A DNA stretch of 64,000 bases, from the NCBI RefSeq assembly GCF_044704955.1, contig NC_091993.1, positions 35,216,001 to 35,280,000 on the forward strand, given 5' to 3'. The number at the start of each line of letters is the position of its first letter. Position 1 is the first letter of the stretch. This document shows, one piece after another, positions 35,935-48,259 of this stretch. The translations under genes were made by a program, and so were the position numbers. The notes beneath the pieces were generated by a model, which ran no database searches, was not told the DNA's origin, and saw only the letters and a list, made by a program, of their open reading frames with translations. The stretch is from Pristiophorus japonicus (lineage: Eukaryota).

Positions 35935-38760
35935 AACATAAGAACTAGGAGCAGGAGTTGGCCATTCGGCCTCTCGAGCTTGCTCTGCCATTCAGTAAGA
36001 TTATGGCTGATCTTCTACCTCAACTCCACTTTCCTGCACTGTCCCCATATCCCTTGCTTCCCTTACTATCCAAAAATCTATCAATCTCTGTCTTGAATAT
36101 ACTCAACGACTGAGCCTCCACAGACCTCTGGGGCAAAGAATTCCAAAGATTCACCACCCTCTGAGTGAAGAAATTCCTCCGCATCTCTGTCCTAATTAGC
36201 CGACCCCTTATCCTGAGACTGACCCCTGGTTCTAGACTCCCCAGCCCGGGGGAAATATCCTCCCTGCATCTACCCTGTCGAGCCCTATAAGCATTGTGTA
36301 TGTTTCAAAGAGATCACCTCTCATTCTTCTAAACTCTAGAGAATATCAGCCTAGTCTACTCAATCTCTCCTCAAAGGACAATCTCCCCATCCCAGGAATC
36401 AGTCTGCAGAACCTTCATTGCACTCCCTCAATGGCAAGTATATCCTTCCTTAGATAAGGAGACCAAAACTGTGCACAATACTCCAGGTGTGGTCTCACCA
36501 GGGCCCTGTGTAATTGCAGTAAGATGTCTTTACTCTTATACTCAAATCCTCTTGTAATAAAGGCCAACATACCATTTGCTTTCTTAATTGCTTGTTGTAC
36601 CTGCATATTAACTTTCAGTGCTTCGTGTACAAGGACACCCAGGTCCCTCTGAACACCGACATTTCCCAATCTCACACCATTTAAAAAAATAATCTGTTTT
36701 TCTATTTTTCCTACTAAAATGTATCCACATTATATTCCATTTGCCATGTCCTTGCCCACTCACTGAGCCTGTCTATATTCCCTTGAAGCCTCTTTGCATC
36801 CTCCTCACAACTTACATTCCCACCTAGCTTTGTATCATCAGCAAACTTCGATATATGACATTTAGTCCCCTCATCCAAATCATTGATACAGATTGTGAAT
36901 AGCTGGGGCCCAAGCACTGATCCTTGTGGTACCCAACTAGTTACAGCCTGTCAACCTGAAAATGACCTGTTTATTTCTACTCTCTGTTTTCTATCAATTA
37001 ACCAATTCTCAATCCCATGAGCCCTAATTTTGTTTAATAACCTCTTGTGTGGCACCTTATCGAATGCCTTCTGAAAATCACACACCGCATCTACTGGTTC
37101 CCCCTTATCTATTCTGCTAGTTATATCAAAAGAACTCCAACAGATTTGTCAAACATGATTTCCATTTCATAAATCTGTGTTGACTCTGCCCAATCCTATT
37201 ATTATTTTCTAAGTGCCCAGTTAGCACGTCCTTAATAATAGATTCTATCATTTTCCCTACTACTGATGTTAGGCTCACTGATCTGTAGTTCCCCATTTTC
37301 TCTCTCCCTCCTTTCTTAAATAGCGAGGTTACATTTGCTATCTTCCAATCAGCGGGAACTGTTCTGGAATCTATGGAATTTTGGAAGATGACAACCGATG
37401 CATCCCCTATGATTACTGTATTACCCTTGTTATATGCGTCTCTAATTTCCTGATTTATACTCTGCCCGACATTACAACGACTGTTTGGGGGCCCAAAGAC
37501 AACTCCCACCAATGTTTTCTGCCCCTTGCTGTTTCTTAGCTCAACCCAAACTGATTCTACTTCTTGATTTTCGGAGTTAAGATCCTTTCTCTCTCCTGTC
37601 TTTATCCCATCCTTTATTATCAGGGCTACCACTCCTCCTTTTCCATTTGCCTCTCTTCTAAAAGTTAATTATCCTGGAACATTTAGTTCCCAACCTTGGT
37701 CACTTTGCAACCACGTCTCCGCAATGGCGATTAGATCAAACATATTCATTTCTATCGGCGCTATTATTTCATCCATGCGCGAAGCATTCGCAACGGAATT
37801 CAGACACAGTGCCTTTAGGTTTGACCTTTTTCTATTTTTCCCTGATGTCACCTTAGTTAGTGATGCCCTATGACCTTTGTTACTCTCTCTGCCCATTCCT
37901 GACCCATTCTGTTTATTTTTACCCAAAACTCTGCTCCAGAGCCTTGACATTTTTCTTGCTGCTTTTAAATTTACTCTTTCCTGAATCCTCCCCCTCCCCT
38001 CCCCCCCCTTGATTATTTAAAGCTCTGTCTACTGCCCTAGTTGTTCAATTCGCCAGGACACTTGTTCCAGCCCAGTTTAAGTGGAGTCCGTCGCATCGAA
38101 ACAGCTCCCTCTTTGCCCAGAACTGGTGCCAGTGCCCCGCGAAGTGTAACCCCTGCCTCCCACACCCCTCTTTGAGCCACACATTTAACCTTCTAATCTG
38201 CTTATCCCTATGCCAATTGATGCGTGGCTTAAGTAACAATCCAGAGATTATTACCTTTTGAGGTTCTGCTTTTTGATTTGGACCCCAACTCCTCAAACTC
38301 TCTCAACAGAACATCATTCCTAGTCCTACCTATGGCGTTGATTCCTGCCTGGACCACGGCAACTGGATCCTCCCCTGCCCACTCCAAGTTCTTCTCCAGC
38401 CGTGAGGAGATGTCTTTAACCCTGGCACCGGGCAGGCAACACAACCTTCGGGACTCCCGGTCACGGCTGCAGAGAACAGTATCTGTCCCTCTGACTATCC
38501 TGTCCCCTACCACAACTACATTCCCTTTCACTCTCCCCACCATGGTGCCATGGTCCGCCTGTTCATTCATCCTGCAGGCTTTTCCCTCATCCACACAGAC
38601 AGCGAAAACCTCATACCTGTTGGATAAGGGCAAAGGCCAAGGCTCCTCCAGCACTGCACCTGGGGTCCTCTTACCTGTGACTGCCTCCTGGATCAAAGTG
38701 TCCAGGTCACTCTCTCCCTCCCTGATGCCCCATAATGTATGCACCTCAGACTCCAGCTCA
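35935..38760 (-). mobile_element. CR1 LINE with ORF1 esterase and internally deleted ORF2
   Basis: PLPLSNRY...VVVGDRIVRG...CLPGARVKD and DGLHLNW (38045-38744); APE joined directly to pre-RT in ORF 37126-37632; RT and tail follow. Confidence 0.9.
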
Positions 38761-38761
38761 G

Positions 38762-39260
38762 GAGGTAGTTCAGAGAAGGTTCACGAGGTTAATTCCTGAG
38801 ATGAAGGGTTGTCTTATGAAGAAAGGTTGAGCAGGTTGGGCCTCTATTCATTGGAGTTTAGAAGACTGAGAGGGGATCTTATTGAAATGTCTAAGATTCT
38901 GAAGGGGCTTGACAAGGTGGATGCAGAGAGGATGTTTCCCCTCATGAGGGAATCTAGAACTAGGGGCCATCGTTTCAGAATAAGGGATCGCCCATTTAAA
39001 ACGGTAATGAGGAGGAATTTCTTCTCTCAGACGATCATAAATCTGTGGAATTCTCTGCCCCAGAGAGCTGTGGAGGCTGGGTCATCGAATATATTTAAGG
39101 TGGAGATGGACGGATTTTTGAATGATAAGGGAATAAAGGGTTATGGAGAGTGGGCAGGGAAGAGGAGCTGAGGCCAAGATCAGATCAGCCATGATCTCAT
39201 TGAATGACAGAGCAGGCTCAAGGGGCCGAATTGACGACTCCTGCTCCTATTTCTTATGTT
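38762..39260 (+). mobile_element. CR1 3' fragment
   Basis: ORF 38809-39171 SYEERLSRLGLYSLEFRR...LWNSLPQ and tail. Confidence 0.9.
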
Positions 39261-39417
39261 CAGCAACTCTCAGGTGAAGTTTCTCGAACTGCAGGCACTT
39301 ACTGCAAACGTGATTGTCTGGGATCACAATGCTCCCCACAAACTCCACATGCTGCAGTTACGGCACGCCACCTGCACTGCACCATTATATGTCTTGCGCT
39401 ATATATATCCCTATATT

Positions 39418-39657
39418 CATTGCCCATCCTTAATTGCCCTTGAGCAAGTGGCAGTCAGCCGCCATTTTGGAGGGCGGGTAAGGATCAGCACAGTGCTATG
39501 GGACTGGAGTCCACCACAGGCTGGACCGGGGAAGGATGGCAGATTTACTTCCATAAATACAGTAGTTTCATGGTCACCATTACTGAGACTATTTTTCAAT
39601 TCCAGAATTATTTAATTACTACTAGTCCAGTAACATAACCACTGTGCTACCGTACCC
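39418..39657 (-). mobile_element. tRNA-derived SINE sharing its tail with the LINE at 13470-14820
   Basis: Minus head ggtagcacagtggttatgttactggactagtaa; tail caagggcaattaaggatgggcaa. Confidence 0.65.
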
Positions 39658-39697
39658 CTTTTGAAGTGTCGTCACTGTTGTAATAAATTGTACAACC

Positions 39698-39882
39698 CTC
39701 CGACAGTGCGGTGCTCCCTCAGTACTGCCCCTCCGACAGTGCGGCACTCCCTCAGTACTGCCCCTCCGACAGTGCGGCGCTCCGTCAGTACTGCCCCTCC
39801 GACAGTGCGGCGCTCCTTCAGTACTGCCCCTCCGACAGTGCAGCGCTCCCTCAGTACTGCCCCTCCGACAGTGCAGCACTCC
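39698..39882. repeat. 33-bp SINE-derived minisatellite (~5.5 units)
   Basis: Same unit as at 11570-12275. Confidence 0.9.
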
Positions 39883-39962
39883 TTGTCTACATAGCTTTTT
39901 GTTGTGTTAGTACCCAAAAATGTGTACAATTTCTATTCTTAAATTACTTGTGTTCTTTTCAG

Positions 39963-40095
39963 GATCGCTACTTCATTTTGTATATTAAACCAAGAAGAAT
40001 CCACAAAAGAAAGTTTGATTGTCATGGAGTGGAAATAGAACCAAACTTCAGTGATACAAAGAAGGTCAACACTGGCTACTTGATGTCTTCCTTCA
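39963..40095 (+). CDS. ARPIN: ARPIN exon 3 DRYFILYIKPRRIHKRKFDCHGVEIEPNFSDTKKVNTGYLMSSF
   Basis: ttttcag acceptor, A|gtgagt donor; 133 nt; matches recalled EIEPNFSATRKVNTGFLMSS. Confidence 0.95.
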
Positions 40096-40104
40096 GTGAG
40101 TAGA

Positions 40105-40350
40105 TGGAGTTAGGTCACAGGTCAGCCATGGTGTCGTGGAATGACGGGCAGGCTCGAAGGGCTGAATGGCCTTCTCCTGTTCCCATGTCACAGGCTCGAG
40201 GGGCTGAATGGGCCTCCTCCTGCTCCCGTGTAACAGGCTCGAGGGGCTGAATGGGCCTCCTCCTGCTCCCGTGTAACAGACCAGAGGGGCTGAATGGTCT
40301 CCTCCTGTTCCTGCGTAACAGGCTCGAGGGGCTGAATGGCCACCTCCTGT
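40105..40350 (+). repeat. CR1-type 3' tail amplified in tandem (~43-bp unit x5)
   Basis: aggctcgaggggctgaatggcctcctcctgYtcccgtgtaac repeated; unit equals the CR1 terminal motif. Confidence 0.8.
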
Positions 40351-40597
40351 GGGAATGGGATTGGAGGAAATTTCCTTGTTTTAGAAGTTAGTGAGGATCA
40401 TCCCACTTGAGATGTGGGGGGGTGATGGGAGATTACATTCACCTTTCAGAGATCACAGGATAATTGAAGGCCATTCAGCCCATCCAAATTCATTTGTGAA
40501 GAAAGAGGTGGGTGGATGGGGCAGTTCCGCTCCCCTTTCAGAGATGGGCCATGTCGAAGCACAGCAAACCCTCGTGAGCAGGAAGCCCAGACATGGG

Positions 40598-40972
40598 GTG
40601 TGGGCAGGGCCAGCACTTGTTGTCCGTCTCTAATTGGTCTTGAGACGATGGTGGTGAGCCGCCGCCTTGAATGGCTCACTCGGCCATTTCAGAGTCAACC
40701 ACGTTGCTGTGGGCTTGGAGTCACCTATAAGCCAGGTTGAGTAAGGACGGCAGACTTCCTTCCCTGAATGAGATTAGTGAACCAGGTGGGTTTTTAACCA
40801 CAATCCGGTGGTTTCATGGTCACCATGACGGACACTCTCTTTATTCCAGATTTATTTAATGAACTGAATTTAAATTCCCCGGCTGTCAAGGTGGGTTTTG
40901 AACTCGTGTCTCGGGATCATTAGTGCAGGCCTCTGGGTTACTGGTCCAGTGACGTTACCATTATGCTACCAT
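40598..40972 (-). mobile_element. tRNA-derived SINE (near full length) sharing its tail with the LINE at 13470-14820
   Basis: Minus-strand A box ggtagcataatgg and B box gagttcaaaacc; tail ttcaaggcggcggctcaccacc...caattag. Confidence 0.75.
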
Positions 40973-41120
40973 TCCCTGTGATTTGAGCTTGGTCACAAAA
41001 CGAGATGCAAGTAGACTGTACAGGTCGCGCACCTGCAGCTAAATGTTGAGACAAAGCAAGGGCTCCCGGTCCTGTTCCTCATTCTTATCTCGTGTTCTCG
41101 TCTGTTGCATTATGTAACAG

Positions 41121-41327
41121 AAGTGGAAGCAAAGGGACAAACGGATAAGATGTCTCTGGAAGAGCTGAAGAGGCTGATTGACAAACCAGAGCTGGTGAGA
41201 ATCTCAGACAAGTACACACCCAATCAGTGCCTGGCATTCTGGATCTCCGAGGAAGAGATGGAGAAAATTGAGCTGGAGGTCGGAGATGGATTACGTCTCA
41301 AAACCCAGGGGGACAGCCCGTTTATCC
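41121..41327 (+). CDS. ARPIN: ARPIN exon 4 (K)VEAKGQTDKMSLEELK...LRLKTQGDSPFI
   Basis: aacag acceptor, C|gtaagt donor; 207 nt; phases fit both neighbouring exons. Confidence 0.95.
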
Positions 41328-41519
41328 GTAAGTTGCAGCGTTTGGTGAATGCAGCTGGAGTCCTGGGCTTGACCTAGACTGGCTGTAAATCATTCGATGG
41401 CTTTCTTATGAAAGATAGATCTAGAATTTCTGCAGCACCTTTCACATCCTCAGGACTGTAATGTATTTGCTTCATGGGTTCTTGCTGAGCATTCATAGCG
41501 ACACATTGCTATTAATAAC

Positions 41520-42118
41520 TAATACAAAAGCAAAATACTGCGGATGCTGGAATCTGGAATAAAAACAGAGAATGCTGGAAATACTCAGCGGGTCAGGCAG
41601 CGTCTGTGGAGAGAAACGGAGTTAACGTTTCGGGTCTGTGACCCTGCGTCAGAACTGCCGAATGTTCGAAAAGAACAGATTCTTAAACACTGAAAGGGGG
41701 AGGGGAAGAACAAAAGGGAAGGTCTGTGATAGGGTGGAAAGCAGGAGAGATTAGAGAGACAAAAGGGAAGATGGGCCGAATTGAAATGCTAATGACAAAG
41801 GTTAGAAAAAGGTTAAGCTGGATAGGGCGTGAATGGCGGCGTACTGACCAACTGCCATGAGTGACAAAGAAAAAAAACTAAGATGGTGGGAGGGAGAAAG
41901 GGAGCCAAACATGGCCAGAGGTTCGGGTCTGAAAATGTTGAACTAGATGTTGAGTCCAGAGGCTGTAAAGTGCCTAAATGAAAGATGAGGTGCTGTTCCT
42001 TGAGCTTACGTGAGCTTTTTTTCTCCACTCTGTCTCTAATGGCAGCTGGTCATTACCTCGCCATTCACACCCTATTCGGATTAATCTTTTCTAACTTCTG
42101 TCATTACCATTTCAATTC
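41520..42118 (-). mobile_element. Penelope-like element remnant with an inverted terminal segment
   Basis: Minus ORF RKLKEQHLIFHLGTLQP resembles the end of a Penelope GIY-YIG ORF; aatactgcggatgctgg terminus; 42030-42118 is an inverted copy of 41778-41870. Confidence 0.7.
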
Positions 42119-42119
42119 A

Positions 42120-42940
42120 TTGAGTGAGTGCGAGGGTGGGCGGGTGAGTGAGTGAGTGAGTGAGTGAGTGAGTGAGTGAGTGCGAGAGTGGGTGAGTGAG
42201 TGAGTGCGAGGGAGGGCGGGTGAGTGCGAGGGAGGGCGGGTGAGTGCGAGGGAGGGCGGGTGAGTGCGAGGGAGGGCGGGTGAGTGCGAGGGAGGGCGGG
42301 TGAGTGCGAGGGAGGGCGGGTGAGTGCGAGGGAGGGCGGGTGAGTGCGAGGGAGTGCGAGGGAGGGCGGGTGAGTGAGTGCGAGGGAGGGCGGGTGAGTG
42401 AGTGCGAGGGAGGGCGGGTGAGTGAGTGCGAGGGAGGGCGGGTGAGTGAGTGCGAGGGAGGGCGGGTGAGTGAGTGCGAGGGAGGGCGGGTGAGTGAGTG
42501 CGAGGGAGGGTGAATGAGTGCGAGGAAGGGCGGGTGAGTGAGTGCGAGGGCGGGTGAGTGAGTGCGAGGGCGGGTGAGTGAATGAGTGCGAGGGCGGGCG
42601 GGTGAGTGAGTGCGAGGGCAGGCGAGTGAGTGCGAGGGCGGGCGGGCGGGTGAGTGAGTGCGAGGGCGGACGGGCGAGTGAGTGAGTGCGAGGGCGGGCG
42701 AGTGAGTGAGTGCGAGGGCGGACGGGCGAGTGAGTGAGTGCGAGGGCGGACGGGCGAGTGAGTGAGTGCGAGGGCGGACGGGCGAGTGAGTGAGTACGAG
42801 GGCGGGCGGGTGAGTGTGAGGTTGGGCGGGTGGGTGGGTGAGTGAGTGAGTGCGAGAGTGAGTGAGTGCGAGAGTGAGTGAGTGCGAGGGCGGGCGGGTG
42901 GGTGAGTGCGAGGGTGGGTGAGTGCGAGAGTGGGTGAGTG
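42120..42940. repeat. Compound (TGAG)n/gagggcggg minisatellite
   Basis: Blocks of 20-bp and 24-bp units (tgagtgcgagggagggcggg, with or without extra tgag). Confidence 0.92.
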
Positions 42941-43039
42941 ATCTTTCCACAACCCAAGCTGGCTCTATTTTGAAGAATTAAAAGTGTAAGCAAAGAGCAC
43001 CAAGCTGCAGCGATGGTAATGGACACCTTTGGTTTTCAG

Positions 43040-43203
43040 TTACGCTCGCCAAACTGGATGCTGGGACCGTGACGAAGTGCAACTTTGCAGGAGATGGAAA
43101 GACGGGAGCCTCTTGGACTGACAATATATTTGCTGCAAAGTCTAAAAATGAGCAAGTGGCCAAAGCTGGGGCGGAAGGAGAAGGAGCAGCTGAGGATGAG
43201 TGG
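43040..43203 (+). CDS. ARPIN: ARPIN exon 5 (L)TLAKLDAGTVTKCNFAGDGKTGASWTDNIF...EGAAEDEW
   Basis: ttttcag acceptor, TGG|gtaaga donor; 164 nt; acidic motif with the conserved Trp that binds Arp2/3. Confidence 0.95.
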
Positions 43204-43329
43204 GTAAGATATGGACGGAGGGTCACCTTTTGTCACTCCTGGTGGGAAATCATAGTTTAAGGAGATGCGTAAGTTAAGGATCATATCCATTGTCCAGGGA
43301 CTGATGGTCAGGTGCCATAGTCCTTAGAA

Positions 43330-44762
43330 TTAAGAACATAAGAAATAGGAGCAGCAGTAGGCCAAGTCAGCCTGCAGTCTCTTAGCATCCTCCTCACAGC
43401 TCACACTGCCACCCAGCTTAGTATCATCTGCAAACTTGGAGATATTCAATCCCTTCGTCCAAATCATTAATGTATATTGTAAATAGCTGGGGTCCCAGCA
43501 CTGAACCCTGCGGCACCCCACTAGTCACTGCCTGCCATTCTGAAAAGGACCCGTTTATTCCTACTCTTTGCTTCCTGTCTGCCAACCAGTTCTCTATCCA
43601 TGTCAATACATTACCCCCAATGCCATGTGCTTTAATATTGCACAACAATCTCTTGTGTGGGACCTTGTCAAAAGCCTTTTGAAAGTCCAAATATACCACA
43701 TCCACTGGTTCTCCTTTGTCCACTCTACTAGTTACATCCTCAAAAAACTCAAGAAGATTTGTCAGCATGATTTCCCTTTCATCACTGTTTTCCAAATATG
43801 CTGCTATTACATCTTTAATAATTGATTCCAACATTTTTCCCACTACCGATGTCAGGCTAACCGGTCTATAATTCCCCGTTTTCTCTCCCTTTTTTAAAAA
43901 GTGGGGTTACATTAGCTACCCTCCAATCCGTAGGAACTGATCCAGAGTCTATAGAATGTTGGAAAATGACCACCATTTCTAGGGCCACTTAAGTACTCTG
44001 GGATGCAGACTAACAGGCCCTAAGGATTTATCGGCCTTCAGTCCCATCAATTTCCCTAACACAATTTCCTGACTAATAAGGATTTCCTTCAGGTCCTCCT
44101 TCTCGCTAGACCCCTCGAGCCTGCTCCGCCATTTAATACAATCATGGCTGATCCAATCATGGATTCAGCTCCACTTCCCTGCCCGCTCCCCATAACCCTT
44201 TAATTCACTTATCAGTTAAGAAACTGTCTATTTTTGTCTTAAATTTATTCCATGTCCCAGCTTCCACAGCTCTCAGGCAGCGCATTCCACAGATTCACAA
44301 CCCTCTGAGAGAAGAAATTTCTCCTTGTCTCAGTTTTAAATGGACGGCTCCTGAATCTAAGATTATGCCTCCTAGTTCTAGTTTCCCCTACCCGTGGAAA
44401 CATCCTCTCTGCATCCACCTTGTCAAGCCCCCTCATAATCTTATACTTTTCGATAAGATCACCTCTCATTCTTCTGAATTCCAATGAGTAGAGGCCCAAC
44501 CTACTCAACCTTTCCTCATAAGTCAACCCCCTCATCCCCGTGAATATGGAAACCAAAACTGCATGCAGTATTCCAGGTGTGGTCTCGCCAATACCTTATA
44601 TAGCTGTAGCAAGACTTCCCTGGTTTTTTAACTCCATTCCCTTTGCAATAAAGACCAAGATTCCATTGGCCTTCCTGATCACTTGCTGTATCTGCATACT
44701 ATCCTTTTGTATTTCATGCACAAGTACCCCCAGGTCCCGCTGTACTGCAGCACTTTGCAATT
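43330..44762 (-). mobile_element. Two adjacent CR1 fragments with internal deletions
   Basis: RT motifs 43424-43843 fused to the tail at about 43360; second 3' fragment at 44115-44762. Confidence 0.85.
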
Positions 44763-46323
44763 GAAGCAACAACTGCACCAACGCCTCACGGGAGGGAGGG
44801 CTGGTCGTGATGGCCCTTTGCCATGTGCTGCAAGAGGGAGGATGTGAAAAGTTGCAACATTATAGGGTTAACTTCTCCAGTAATTTCGATTTAACATTTT
44901 GTAGCTAATCATTGAACTATTGGCTGTAAAAAGATATTGATCAGCATGGTGCTCAATCAGATGGAGAACCCTACTTTAGAGACATTCCATTGGTTGTTCA
45001 CTGTTGGAGTAGCAAAGTATGGGAAGGGCTCCACAAGGTGCAGAAGCCAAGTGTGAACTTTCAGATTAATGTCGAAGTGAAGAACCTTATGGAGAGTTAT
45101 TTGGACTGGTGATGTTTTTGTTTTTGGCGATTCTAACATTAATGAGAAGTAGTGATGGGTCATACTGCATGAAGTAATACTTTGATTCTGATAAGCTAAG
45201 GTACTAAAGAGGAGGCTTTAGCCTTAACGATGAGAAATATGTAGAGGCGCGGGTACAAAGTAACTGTACATAAGACTGTGGCTTTTTCAGTCCTGGATAT
45301 CGTTGAGCCACGCCAAGTGAATTCCCGCTGGAGGATGGGTCGTACAGAATTCTTTTCATTCAGATGGTTTCCGAAAGACATCTTGAGCCAAGTTAGGCAT
45401 CACATCAATAAAAGCCCCAGATACAAACCTGAATCCTGATCCATTTTTCCTACAAGAGCCAGTGTCTCCCTCAGAAAACAGGACGGTTCTGTGGTTAATC
45501 TTTTCTAAATGAGCCTTGAGCATTACTGAAGTGCGGGATGGGTAATTATCTCGGATAAAGGTTAAAAACTTGGAACAATGAAGGAAAATTGCCTGAGGTC
45601 ACCAATAAATTTCTGAAGAAATATTAGATTATATATAAAAGTTAGTTAGTATTAACCAATAACCATTTTTATGAAATAAAGTTTTGCTGTGACCTAGTGT
45701 TACTTTATTACATAAATAAATTCTGTTAATGAAATATATTTATAAAGCATCCAAAATCACTTAACAAAATGGGAGTCGATGTAGAAAGCAATTATTGGAA
45801 ACTTGGAGACAATCCAAATGTTTTTTGTTTTTACAAAATCTGTATCTACATTGCTGTATAAAATATATTTTCTCTGCCCCCTCTTCCCCCCCCCCCCCCC
45901 CCCATCTTGTCACCCATACCCCGTCACAGATTTCTGTGTCCAGACTCAGAATGGGAACTCTATATAAACCTGTAACACTGCCCCTCTGCAAGTGGAGGCC
46001 TTACAGCACCACAACTGGTGGGAGGGCATAATTACAATACAAGAAGTTTACATCGTCACCTTTAATTATAAATTCCTGCAATGGAAATATAGAAACGGAC
46101 TGAATATTGACACCACTGCTTCAACCAATGAGTTGGAGGTAGGGCAGGACTTACAACAAACACAGTCTATTTTATAACAAACACAGTCTCAATGAACTAT
46201 AGAAAACTGAACTCACAACTGAAACTACAGCAAAGTTTCCTGATAAAAGTATAATTATTTCTCCAGTAAAATGCAGTGAGTAGAGAGTAGTTACATAATA
46301 CAAATGATGTGTATAACTTGATC

Positions 46324-46968
46324 CCAGGCGTGACTGACAGCAGTGCAGTCTCCAGGCACTGACAGCAGTGCAGTCTCCAGGCACTGACAGCAGTGCAGTC
46401 TCCAGGCGTGACTGACAGCAGCGCAGTCTCCAGGCGTGACTGACAGCAGTGCAGTCTCCAGGCGTGACTGACAGCAGTGCAGTCTCCAGGCGTGACTGAC
46501 AGCAGCGCAGTCTCCAGGCACTGACAGCAGTGCAGTCTCCAGGCGTGACTGACAGCAGTGCAGTCTCCAGGCACTGACAGCAGTGCAGTCTCCAGGCGTG
46601 ACTGACAGCAGCGCAGTCTCCAGGCGTGACTGACAGCAGTGCAGTCTCCAGGCACTGACAGCAGTGCAGTCTCCAGGCACTGACAGCAGTGCAGTCTCCA
46701 GGCGTGACTGACAGCAGCGCAGTCTCCAGGCGTGACTGACAGCAGTGCAGTCTCCAGGCACTGACAGCAGTGCAGTCTCCAGGCACTGACAGCAGTGCAG
46801 TCTCCAGGCACTGACAGCAGTGCAGTCTCCAGGCGTGACTGACAGCAGTGCAGTCTCCAGGCACTGACAGCAGTGCAGTCTCCAGGCACTGACAGCAGTG
46901 CAGTCTCCAGGCGTGACTGACAGCAGTGCAGTCTCCAGGCACTGATAGCAGTGCAGTCTCCAGGCGTG
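46324..46968. repeat. Minisatellite of interspersed 25-bp and 28-bp variants (~24 units)
   Basis: aggcactgacagcagtgcagtctcc and aggcgtgactgacagcagYgcagtctcc. Confidence 0.93.
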
Positions 46969-47586
46969 ATGGACGGACGGGGTAATTGCCCAGTCAGTGG
47001 TTTGTAGCAATATAAAAAGGATGGAATGCATGAGCTGAAAAGTGGGACTGAATTGCGTCTGGGTGCCCAAGTCCAATTATTCTGGACCTCTAACCACACA
47101 TCACCTGAAGATCGCACCTGGTCTGGGCTCCTCCTGTGCAGATAGAAATCGGCTCTGGTAACTACTTTCACCATCAAAAAGCAATTTTTTTGTAGCAATT
47201 TGTAAAGTTTTTAAAAGGATGTGTTTTGTCGGAACATTTAAAATTCAGGGTTTATTAGGTTGCTATTACAATGTGACTTATCTTTTGTTGGAACACTTTA
47301 GTACTGCCAGGACTTTGACATTTTTTTGTGATCAATTAAAACATTTGATTCAAATCTGAGGGGCTTGGAATCAAAATCCCGGGATGTGATCCTCTGATTC
47401 CTGTGACACTCGGTTTCCCCACGCCTTGTTCAGTCCTATAAAGGGAGTTTTTATTTCCTGGGTCTGAGGAAGCCTGGATCTGATATACAAACCTGATTTT
47501 TGTGACTGAGCATTTTCTGTTTCTTCATTTGAAGAGTGATCCGTTTATTCAATAGTTTTAATTTAAGGAATGTTTCTCTCCTTCAG

Positions 47587-47595
47587 GATGAATGA
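47587..47595 (+). CDS. ARPIN: ARPIN terminal coding exon DE*
   Basis: Strong acceptor tgtttctctccttcag, then GAT GAA TGA; completes ...EDEWDE*, matching recalled human EWDD*. Confidence 0.8.
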   Translation, partial: DE

Positions 47596-48259
47596 GATTC
47601 CGGGCTGTCGGTGAAACCGAGACATGCTAACTGTTTTGGAAATTATCGACCGGATGAGGGATCCTGGGAACGAGGTGCATTTTGCTCAACCTCTTCTTTG
47701 ATGTTCTCTGTTTTGAAATTTGGAACAAAGATTTACAGAAAATAAGACCAAACCATGACTTTATTTAAACGTTTGACGTTCTGACCTTAGCTTGAGAATC
47801 ACAGAGTTTGGATCTGAGATTATATCTGCAAAGGCCTTGGGAATCTTCCATTTTCAATCAATCTTTGAAGTAAGTTTAATTGGACCAAAGATGCCCTGTG
47901 ATTCCCTTGGCTTGTTGGGAGCAGCAGTGGGTGTGGGAGCAGGGTGAAGACAGGGGGCTTTATTCAGCTTTTGAGAGTTAGACCCACACAGAGTGATGAT
48001 TTAAAAGGTTGCAGATCTAACAATTGTTACAGAACAGGAGAGGATTTCTCCCTACAGTAAGGATTACTACATTGGAAGCCTCTGCAGTGACCATGGCCCT
48101 CGCTCAGCAATTCTCTTCATGGACACCTTACTCCTCGTTCGCCACATTCTAAACCCACCTTCATTCAACTCAAATTTTTCTCTTAAATTTGCCTTTCTTC
48201 CCCCCTCCTCTCCTATGGCACAGAAAGTGTCTTATCCTGCTGTAAGTTGTTGGTGAACT

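Noticed and set aside
42104-43026. ~300-aa His/Ser/Pro-rich ORFs
   Set aside because: Translation of the TGAG/GGGC compound repeat.
44957-47200. Short ORFs and a minus-strand acceptor (ttccattgcag near 46077) suggesting a nested antisense gene in ARPIN intron 5
   Set aside because: No phase-consistent exon chain or recognisable domain found.
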